In this document: positions 10,210 to 19,400 of the stretch, in pieces
Layout of the letters: each line of letters starts with the position of its first letter
Position numbering within the stretch: the first letter of the stretch is position 1
Origin: Schizochytrium sp. TIO01
Taxonomy: Eukaryota; Protista; Bigyra: Labyrinthulomycetes
Length of the DNA stretch: 64,000 nt
Direction: 5' to 3'
NCBI GenBank assembly: GCA_004764695.1
Contig: SMSO01000007.1
Span: 1,805,270-1,869,269, forward strand
The notes under the pieces: model-generated
What the model was told of the DNA's origin: nothing
Database searches by the model: none
Seen by the model: only the letters and a program-made list of their open reading frames with translations
Translations under genes and position numbers: made by a program

Positions 10210-11060
10210 AGAGGCGCGCAGTAGACGATAATTGGGGTTTGCGACTCAGGCATCACCATTTCATTCTGACAAATCGCAGAGCATTTTTTTTTTCCTTCAA
10301 AACTTCTGCTTTGCTTCAAAAACATTGCATTTCCTTCAGTTGATTTGTGCAAAAAATCTACATGAGCAAGGGAGTGGGGGGTGTGAGATGTTGTGGTTGG
10401 TTTTATGGATGCTTATGGCTGTGTAGGTGCCTGAAGGAAGATGTTCTGATTAAAAGGCAGTTCCAACGGCATCTAGTTATTTTGGGATTAGAGTTTCGGA
10501 TTATTGCGAGTAAGTATATCGCTCGGTACCCAAGACGGTTCGTGTTGTAAACATCCTGACCTAGAGGTCTCACAGCTATGACTATTTCGAATACCTTTCG
10601 CTAATAAATATGTAGCAAATCATGTATTATGACACCAAATTCTGATGTTAATTATCATGGTCCTACACAAGCACTTTCTTCCTCATCACAAGTATTCATA
10701 CATTACCTAGTCTCTTTATCAAGTTATCTGAAATACTCATCACTTTCGTGGCAGATTTCAGAATCAGTTGGCAATCATCGCTCCTTCTATTGCATCGCAT
10801 GAGATTTACGCAAAGTGCTATTTTCTGCTCCAGGTCTTTGTAGTTCGTAAGCATTGAAGACATTCTTAGGTAGAGTTCCACAGAAGAGCCGCCTGCTCGG
10901 ATATACGACTCTTAGAGTGGTTTACTAGAATAGAACACCTTTTGCATTTGATGAAGAACAACCTTCTCGTCACAAAGCTGGATCGTGAGCAGCACAGCAC
11001 GTTGACCCTGCGAAGTATCTTTTAGGAAAGTGTCTAGCTTCGAGATATCAACACATCAAG

Positions 11061-11783
11061 ATGCGTGTGGTTGTACAACGCGTGAAGAGTGCCAGTGTCA
11101 CCGTAGATGGCAAAGTAGTCTCGAGCATTGGTCGCGGCATCTTGTGCCTGACAGGGCTCCGCCGCGACGACGACGAGACCGATCTGAAGTGGATGCTGGG
11201 GAAAATACTCGGCCTTCGTCTCTGGGAAGATGAATCTGGCTCTATGTGGAAACGCTGCGTTGCTGACTCCCCAAAACTTGAGGTGCTCCTGGTTTCCCAG
11301 TTCACTCTTTATGGCCAGTTCGTCAAGGGTACCAAACCTGATCTCCATAGAGCCATGCCGCCCACGCAGGCCAAAGACCTCTATGCAAAATTTGTGGAAA
11401 TGGTCTCCGAAGCACATGGCGCAGATCTCGTGAAGAATGGCGAATTTGGAGCGATGATGGAAGTTGCATTGGTTAATGATGGGCCAACAACGTTCACGCT
11501 CGATACGCCTGACAAGACACCTTCAAAGCCAATCCCTGCTTCCAAATCTGCTCCTAAAGCAGCACCAGAAAGGAAGGCTCGCAAGGAAGGCTCGGACCCT
11601 GCAGTGCTTCTCAAGCGTGCTGAGAAGAAGCTTGCAAAGGTTCAAGGCTTGCGCCAAAAACTTGAGAAGGGCGAGATGGACACTCCGAACCCCGAGCAAA
11701 TGGCGAAGCTTGCATCCGAAGCAGAACTCATTGCAGAAGTTGAGCAGCTTAAACTGGAGATTAGTAAGGCTTCTGAAACTTGA
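11061..11783 (+). CDS. DTD1: D-aminoacyl-tRNA deacylase (DTD1) with a C-terminal PYM/eIF2A-like helical extension
   Basis: MRVVVQRVKSASVTVDG start, LLVSQFTLYG, KPDLHRAM, GEFGAMMEVALVNDGPTT (Gly-cisPro motif). About 90 extra C-terminal residues follow. Confidence 0.93.
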   Translation: MRVVVQRVKSASVTVDGKVVSSIGRGILCLTGLRRDDDETDLKWMLGKILGLRLWEDESGSMWKRCVADSPKLEVLLVSQFTLYGQFVKGTKPDLHRAMPPTQAKDLYAKFVEMVSEAHGADLVKNGEFGAMMEVALVNDGPTTFTLDTPDKTPSKPIPASKSAPKAAPERKARKEGSDPAVLLKRAEKKLAKVQGLRQKLEKGEMDTPNPEQMAKLASEAELIAEVEQLKLEISKASET

Positions 11784-12270
11784 TAAATGCAGACTATTTT
11801 GATTCATAGAACGGTTGATTTGCGTGCACCTTTTGGTTCTGGTTGGCGTGAGCAATCGTGTATTCTTCAAAAAGAAGTCGAAATATGATTGATCCTCATG
11901 ACAATCGCTCATCCCTATGATTTACATGTCGTGTGTATGCGAGTATGGTGAAATGGTGGAATGGGGCAGCCAAAATCAGACAGAGTTGTGTAAGAAGGGC
12001 TCTAGGTTTAGGCTGTATCATCAATGATAAATAGTGACAGCAACTCCTTCTGCAAGTACAAGGAAACAAACTCAAGAACAGGAAAGAAAAAGATGATAAT
12101 CAATTATTTAGGAGGATCATTACGTACAATCTTTTGTCTAGTTTGAAGATGGCGAGTGCCTCTGTCATGAATTTATTTTGCGTTGACGCTTCGATAGCGC
12201 TGTGCTTTATATGTTTTTGTTTTTGTCTTTTCGGGTTTGTTTAATACACGTCCTTGTTTTCATCTAAGGT

Positions 12271-13920
12271 TTAAACAGTGATACCCAAGAGCTGGCGCCG
12301 CCGCTCGTGCAAAAGCTGCAGTTGTTCGTGCTCCGCCTCTGCGCCGACAAGGCGAGTAGTGCGAATCATTTCTCCACCCTGCAGGTTGAGAGTCTCCTCG
12401 AAGGTGCCCTCTTCAACGTGGGCGTCCGAGCGTCGAATCTCAGTTGTCTCCCAGCGCTCCTTTTCGCGAATGGTGTCTTCCAGCGATTTAATGCGGAAGT
12501 TGATCTCCCGCACCAAGTCGCCTACAAATGATGCATTATTGTCACGACGCTGATTCTTAACCAAAGAACATTCCTCACCAAAGCGTAAAGTCTCAAGAGT
12601 CTCTGCTGCGTGTGTTGGGTCTGAATTGATACATACAACAGCTCGGGTTCGCGAACTGCCGCCTAGGCCTGCAGACATGAGCATCGTGAGCTTGGACTCC
12701 TTGTAAGGGACGTGGCGTTGTTGACGGTTGAGAGCAGCAATTACTCGCTTTAGTGCCAAGAGGCCCATGTTAATATGCTGAGCTTCTACTTTATTTTGGC
12801 CCTCTGCCTTGGACTTGTCCAGTCGCTCGGAACCTCCAAGATCGCCCAAAAATAAATGGCTCTCAATTTCAGCACCTGTACGCTGGCAACGTTGGCGCAA
12901 TGTTAAAATGATGAGGGTGTGCCCGCGAGTACTTCTTTCGTTCATCAGAGTCGCTGCCTTTGTCTTGCTGGTTTCACCCTGTCGCAAAAGATGCTCAATA
13001 TCTTCTTGTGTGTGCACCTGTACTTGGGCCTGGCCAGAGAGAACGAACCTCTGAGCTGCGACCGCAGAGCGCGCGACAGCTTGTCCGTCACGGAGAAGGT
13101 CGAACACCTGCTCATTATACACTTCTATGTACGATAGGGAAACGTTCGCTTGCACCTTTCCCCGGGCATTACGTTCTCGAGCAGCTTGAAGAACACCAGC
13201 ACATGCACGTGGTACAAGTCCCATACGGGGCGACTTGAGGTCACTTTTTACTTCGTTATCAGGACCATAATACATAGTATATGTTTTGCCACTGCCGGTT
13301 TGCCCGTACACAAAAAGCGTTCCATTCCAGCCGTTCAAGCAGTCAGCCACAAGTTTGCGGCCAATTCGATCATAGACTGCTCCTTGGCTTTTATCTTCTC
13401 CGAAAATTCCATTAAAATTAAAGCTCCGGATTCCAACATTGGGGCAAGTCATAACAATGCTGCCATCCATTTCATTCACATTGTGAATCTTGAACTCAAA
13501 GCTCTGCTTTGCACCTGCTGCTGCAGCAAGATCTTCGTCAAAAGTACCCTCAGCTACATCGTCTAGACCATCACCAGTTTTTTCCTCCGTTGTTTGCGGC
13601 ATGCCATTGAACCAGTCGCCCTGACGCTGAAGAATCTTCAGCGCCTCGCGAGAAGTGATCTCGCGGTCAGGAAACTGAAGCTTGATCAGCGCGACACGCT
13701 GGTGCAGAGGCAAAGTAACTTTGGAAGAGCTGTCCTTCTCGAAAAGATTCTCCTCATGTTCAATATTATTTTGAGCATCATCCGACCCAGCATTTTCGCA
13801 ATTAGTATTGATGCTCTCGGGGTTGGTTGCCTTGGACATGGGGCGGATTCTCGCAAAGACCTGCACGCGCTGACCTTCCTGAAGGTCTCTCGTACGCAGG
13901 GCACCTTCTTGTAAGGCCAT
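12271..13920 (-). CDS. Kinesin motor-domain protein; first in-frame ATG at 13920, probably continuous with the upstream F-box ORF
   Basis: QVFARIRP, P-loop GQTGSGKTYTM, SYIEVYNEQVFDLL, switch I NERSTRGH, switch II DLGGSER, HVPYKESKLT, ETLETLRFG, then a short coiled coil. Confidence 0.9.
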   Translation of the reverse strand: MALQEGALRTRDLQEGQRVQVFARIRPMSKATNPESINTNCENAGSDDAQNNIEHEENLFEKDSSSKVTLPLHQRVALIKLQFPDREITSREALKILQRQGDWFNGMPQTTEEKTGDGLDDVAEGTFDEDLAAAAGAKQSFEFKIHNVNEMDGSIVMTCPNVGIRSFNFNGIFGEDKSQGAVYDRIGRKLVADCLNGWNGTLFVYGQTGSGKTYTMYYGPDNEVKSDLKSPRMGLVPRACAGVLQAARERNARGKVQANVSLSYIEVYNEQVFDLLRDGQAVARSAVAAQRFVLSGQAQVQVHTQEDIEHLLRQGETSKTKAATLMNERSTRGHTLIILTLRQRCQRTGAEIESHLFLGDLGGSERLDKSKAEGQNKVEAQHINMGLLALKRVIAALNRQQRHVPYKESKLTMLMSAGLGGSSRTRAVVCINSDPTHAAETLETLRFGEECSLVKNQRRDNNASFVGDLVREINFRIKSLEDTIREKERWETTEIRRSDAHVEEGTFEETLNLQGGEMIRTTRLVGAEAEHEQLQLLHERRRQLLGITV

Positions 13921-14212
13921 GACCTTGCCAAAGCCCGCGCACAGACCATAAATCCTCAAAGTATGTGCGCCAAGTTTCACTTGCTGGCAAAGTTTTGGGG
14001 CAATACAGGTTAAAGTTCTGCGCCGCGAAACTGCACTGGGCCTGCCACCAGCCAGGCCAGTTTTGCAAATGAGACCATGAACGATTGATAGACACTAGCG
14101 AGGCTCTTTCACCAAACGTCAAGAACGACATGACCTCGAGTAGCCATGCTGGAGGTTCATCCGTCAGCTTTTGTGGCACAAGTTTGCTCGAAGTACACAG
14201 GGACGAGGCCAT
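13802..14212 (-). CDS. F-box-like ORF overlapping the kinesin start in a different frame (likely the N-terminus of an F-box-kinesin)
   Basis: LTDEPPAWLLEVMSFLTFGERASLVSINRSWSHL...WWQAQC...TWRTYFEDLW fits an F-box plus the typical downstream W-x-x-x-C / W(R/K)xxY helices. The reading looks non-protein-like after ~WQGHG. Confidence 0.6.
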   Translation of the reverse strand: MASSLCTSSKLVPQKLTDEPPAWLLEVMSFLTFGERASLVSINRSWSHLQNWPGWWQAQCSFAAQNFNLYCPKTLPASETWRTYFEDLWSVRGLWQGHGLTRRCPAYERPSGRSARAGLCENPPHVQGNQPREHQY

Positions 14213-15502
14213 GCTTGGTGACGATTGCTAACACAACAAAGGGTAGTTTCCTTCAAGACAAGCCTACGTTTACTGTAGTCAAATAGCGCCTAGCAACCAA
14301 AAAACTTTGCGCAGTTTCGAAGGTAATGTTCTCGCTCTACAAGTCGTTGAGGATCTGTCGCGAGCTTTGGATTGCACCAATTGGGTCGTCGAATTGGTAT
14401 CCCAACTAAACCATCAGTTCCTAGCACGTTCTCAGTCTGTGCTGGATTCTTCCCGAGATCGGTTTTACCGGTAGTTTTAAATTATTATTATCATATATTA
14501 GATTTCTAGTAGTATTTTTTAAAAGTTTATAGTCGGCGCGGCAAGCCAAAGGTCTGAAGTGCGCATTTTCGTTTTCAATTTGCAGTATTTGTTTCTGCTA
14601 CGTTCACGGTAAATGATCAAAATGAAAATTGAAAAGAGAAATAAACAGTCTCATTGTTTTGCATGATACTGCGGCCATGCCATTGGGTTGAGAATAAATA
14701 GCCTTTCGCTCGTCACAATGTTAAATTTTAGAGTGCCTAATTTTGAGCTCCATGAAAGCATAATCTAGCATCATAATGATACGTTTATTGCAAAAGAATA
14801 GAAATGACACACAGACGAATGGGTTTCGACTGCACCAAGGATTGTAAAAACTATGCAACAACGTAGGAAAAGTGTCCATGGCCAACGCTAGTCGTTCAAA
14901 TTAATTATGCTATCTCGGAGTCTAAGACAAAATTCTATTGCATTTTTCACCCAAATTTACGTGTGTACGAGATCACTTAATGATAGCTTTCGATTGCCAT
15001 GCCGATCGGCGGTAGACTTCTTGGAAAGCAAGACTGTCAGCAGGTAGGATTAGAATAAAAAACTAGAGTGTGGAATAATGCACGGCTACTAAAGGCTTCA
15101 CAAGCTTTACATAAAATTGCACCGGGAGCAGACATTCCTTGATTTCATTTGCGTTTAAAAGCTTTAACTGATTAAGCTAGGGTATCTACGAGAGGGTTTG
15201 TGAGCAGGTAAATCTACTTCTGTTCCAACCAACAAAATAACCATGAATTGTATATTAGTAACAGGATGGGGTGCCCAGGCCATATCAACATCTTAGTTTA
15301 CACTTCCAAACCGTCAAAGGCACTTTCTTTCTAGAAAGCAGAGCGTATTGATCAGTTGCAAAAATAGTGGTCTCAGTGATTGTAATTGATGAATATGAGG
15401 CAATATCTTGGATGAAGAGATGTGCAACCTTGCAGAAAAGGTGCAGGGTGGGAAAGACAGATGCATGAAGCGCACTGGATCACGTACTTCTATGAATACG
15501 TT

Positions 15503-16492
15503 TCAACGATGTTCTAGAGCACGTTGCTCAAGAGAGAAATCATAATCAAGAAGTGCTGGTTGAAGATCCGCAGGGTTCTGAAAATTTGGGGCAAGTGAGA
15601 TCACAGTATCAGGACCGCCAATTGCCTGAACGCGAGAAAGGCTCAATATTTTATAGACTCCACGCTCTTCTGGTGAAGTGTGTGATGACGAGATTGATGT
15701 CTCAGCTGAAGTAGCACCGAGGTGCGCCTTGTTATTGCGAATCGCTTCGCGACCCATTCGCAAATACGCCTCCACTCCGTCAGAAAGCTCGTTTATAGGA
15801 GCCTGTGGTACACTTGGGGCAGGTCGTTGTGCTTGCATATTTTGGACATTTTGCTGACCACTATGTTGGCTAGAGAGTGGCTGGAAGAACGTCTTCTCCA
15901 ACGCACATTCGATTGCATGCATCCACTGATCCCGGCTCTCAGAGGAGTTGCTCTGCAGGATCATGTCCTTATCCCCACAGCGAATCTCAAATACGCCCTG
16001 GTGCAAAGGGTATCCAGCAGCGATGCGAGGCCGACCAATCTCATCAACATCATATTTTGCCTTGAGTACGCTATCAACCGAGCTGGAGAAAGTTTCGCGA
16101 GTGACCTTGAAGTAGCGCATGCTCCATTTCTTAAATAGTCCTTGACCCAACTTGCTCAAAGGCCCTTCTTTGATGGCAACTTCACCACTGCGTTGGATTT
16201 GCTGCCAATCAGACGGCCTTGCCCGCGCAAATCGGATCTTGAGCTCCTTCTGGTCCTTAATAATGCCCTGGAGAAGACGAACCACTTCAGTGTTGGGAGA
16301 AAATGCAACATACTGGTCATTCACGCTCACAATAAAATCTCCGGCCTGGACTCCGTTTCTAGTAGAGTATCCTGTGTTTTCTACGCTGTCTACAATCGTG
16401 TTACCCATCTTTGGCATCGAAGGGTCATCTCGGTTCACTACGCTCATTCCAAGCCGAGCGCCGCCGGGATACGAACTCACAAAGTACTCCAT
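15503..16492 (-). CDS. PDZ + PH domain protein with C-terminal UMA-like (YDFSLE) motif
   Basis: 329-aa ORF. PDZ-like: RLGMSV...IVDSVENTGYSTRNGVQAGDFIVSVND...EVVRLL. PH-like: KEGPLSKLGQGLFKKWSMRYF...MILQSNSSESRDQWMHAI. C-terminus ISLAPNFQNPADLQPALLDYDFSLEQRAL. Confidence 0.82.
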   Translation of the reverse strand: MEYFVSSYPGGARLGMSVVNRDDPSMPKMGNTIVDSVENTGYSTRNGVQAGDFIVSVNDQYVAFSPNTEVVRLLQGIIKDQKELKIRFARARPSDWQQIQRSGEVAIKEGPLSKLGQGLFKKWSMRYFKVTRETFSSSVDSVLKAKYDVDEIGRPRIAAGYPLHQGVFEIRCGDKDMILQSNSSESRDQWMHAIECALEKTFFQPLSSQHSGQQNVQNMQAQRPAPSVPQAPINELSDGVEAYLRMGREAIRNNKAHLGATSAETSISSSHTSPEERGVYKILSLSRVQAIGGPDTVISLAPNFQNPADLQPALLDYDFSLEQRALEHR

Positions 16493-19400
16493 CTCTGCAA
16501 ATATTCACCAACCAGAGCAGAGTCAGACTGCCAATGACTTGCTCTAGACCCGATGTCTCCTTTTATTCTCTACGATCTAGAGCTGGCTCCTGAAAAGGTC
16601 GCGTTTGAGTGCTTCTCTAAGATACACGAGACCGCAGAATGACCGAAATCCAGCGCAGAAGAACAAAAAGCTAAGATGGAGATGCCGAAAGTGATGGAAA
16701 GCCGGATAGACAGTCTGACTAGATAACGCGAGGCACTCAGAAGCAAGCCTACTGCAGACTTGGTGGCTTTATTTCTCCGCAGAGACAATCTCTCGCAGAC
16801 GCTTGCCGTAAAGGGATGAAGAAGCTTTGGCTTCTTCGATGCCTTCCTTCATTCTTTTCCTTCTGCTTCCTTCTTTCTTTCGTCATATTAATGTGGACCT
16901 ATGGCTGATGGTAAGCTAATAATTACTACTATTAAGAAATTCCATTAGGACTCAATCCATTTGATGATGCATTTGCTTTGGTTCTTCATTTTGCTTAGAT
17001 GCATCTTAGTGCAAATCTTTTCTGCACGAACAACCGTGAAATTGATTGTTTTTTGCTGTATAGTTTCACCGCATGGTTCGTTCTTGTTTTCCCTTGCTCC
17101 TTGTTTTTGCCATGGAGTAAATCATAACCTATACCATTCATGATCTGCATGAATGTATTTGTCTGATGCAGATCTTCAATTCAATACAACATTATGCGCT
17201 ATAGTTATCATGACTATGACCGTAGCTATTGATCATCTGAAAGCCACCCAAAAGACAATGCAGCACTGGAATAAATAACATATCTATAGGAACCCCCCAG
17301 CAAAGAGACGGGCCCTTGGGACTGTTCAGTTGAAATATAGAGCAATTTGCACAGAACCAATCTCAATTGGAAATGTCAGAGGGCCTTGGTTGTTGCAGAT
17401 CGGGGGGCGGTAGATTAAAAAAATAAAATAAAAATGGCACAGGATGAGGTGCAATTGGTCTCTATCATGGGTTGCTTGAATAGAGCTAATTCAAAATACG
17501 AGCATACATTTGGTTTTGAATATTTGGAAAGTGCAACATTTTCTCTAAAGTGGAATTTCGATTAATTCTATAATGATCAAGATGTGGAACTTTCAATGCT
17601 CCAAATGTGGATTTACGGATATCCTCATTTGCTTGCTGTTAAATGCTCATGATGCACATTAAGTCACTCCACACTTAATGATAGATGTCAGGAGCTTAAA
17701 ACTTGGATTCCACTGTTAAAAGCTTCACCTTGTATACTGAAAACGTTCTTATTTCCTATGATGATCAAGTCGGTCAGTCATCTTTGTACCGCAAACAAAT
17801 GGAATTATTACTAGAATCAAGGATGTCTCTTACTACGTTTTAAAAAGTTCAAGACAAAATATTATAATATGAAATTTTATAAAAGAGGTTGATACTTGGT
17901 TTGGTGGAATTGATGTCCAGCACAATATTCCGGAGTGTCAGAAATTCCTTTGGAATATCTAGAAAATACCTCCTATGATTTCTGCTGCAAGGACTGTGGA
18001 TCAGCATGCCCAAATGAACAAAGACAGCCCTGGCAGTCCCAGAATACGAGGACGACTCAGCAGGATAAAGAAGAACTTAGAGAAACAGAGATAACTGAGT
18101 ATTTCGCAGTAGGTAATAAGCGCTAGAACAGGCTCTAGATTACCCAGTTCCCAAATTTCACGGAGCTCCTTTGTCTCTTATCTCCTATCTTCAAGTTACC
18201 TAATAAGACAAGGTATCGAATTATTTAGAAATTCCATGGGTGATGCTGGCGTCAGAATTCCCCTCTCTCTCCGGCTTCTGATTAAGCAGCCTGCTTGTGG
18301 CGACTTGAGCTGTCCTCGTGAGTCCTTTGTCCACCTCCTCAGTATTCAAGTCCCTGACTCCTTATGGGTCCTCTTGCTGTTTCTTAAGAGAGGCATTCAC
18401 AGATAAATTTCAGGTAAAGCTCGATAACGATCGCAACGTACCAACTCGGATCGCAGGTGGATAGCACGTGCTGTTAGTTTCTAAAGGTTTCTTGCATGCT
18501 GAATACGCACGATACTACTTGGTTTGTACTGCCTCCTATGCGTTGAGCACCTCTGGTCCATGACCTGGTCTGTCGGAACTCTAAACTTTAATACACAAGT
18601 ACCTCTTTCTTTACAGAAGACGGAGGGAGAAAGCAAAGGAAAAACCGCTGCAGTACCAGTAGACCTGCTTACACAGGCGAGGCGTCGGCTGCGAGCCACC
18701 GAGGTGGTTTCGTCAAGAACAAGTACATGAACGACCATCTCGTCCGTCTGATTTCACCACGACAGAGCTCCTGATTGGTTGATCGGCCCTGTTGTTTTCA
18801 GAGAAGAGCCTGTGCCTTGAAACCAAGACACCAAGAAACTTGAAGTTGCGTGAAGCATACTGCCACCAGCACTGCCCAAGACCGGGGAACCCACAACAGG
18901 TACGCGCGAGTTCGATTGTATAAATAACAGAAAGCGAATAACCACTCTTCGGACGAGTATTGGAGTTTTAACTCCCAAGATGACCTGATATTGTTACTTA
19001 GTTACCTATAGTATGAGTTAGAGTCACTCCTTATGCACAATACCAAAATCGCTTTGCACCATGGCATTCATTTGTATCCCGCATAGTGCTTTTTTTAAAT
19101 AGAAGGATTAGAGTTAATGCGAACCCAAGGCTGCTCTCCTCAAGCTGAAGTCGAAGTTTTAGATCATACCAATTATTCGCGTACCCAGCTGGTCAAACTA
19201 TCCTCTTCGGCTTCCGAAAGCCTCGATGGGTACTCTTTCATATACCTCTTTCTCTTTCACAAAAAAAAATATTCTGAAAAAAGGTTATTATTACTTTAAA
19301 GTCTTTCTAAGTTATAAATATATTAATAAATAAATAAATAAATAAATTTGACGGGTAGCTGATTATAACAGTGACATACATAGAAAACAACGACGCCTGG

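Noticed and set aside
11781-11786. DTD1 TGA stop as selenocysteine
   Set aside because: Immediately followed by TAA, no Cys/Sec redox context and no SECIS recognised downstream.
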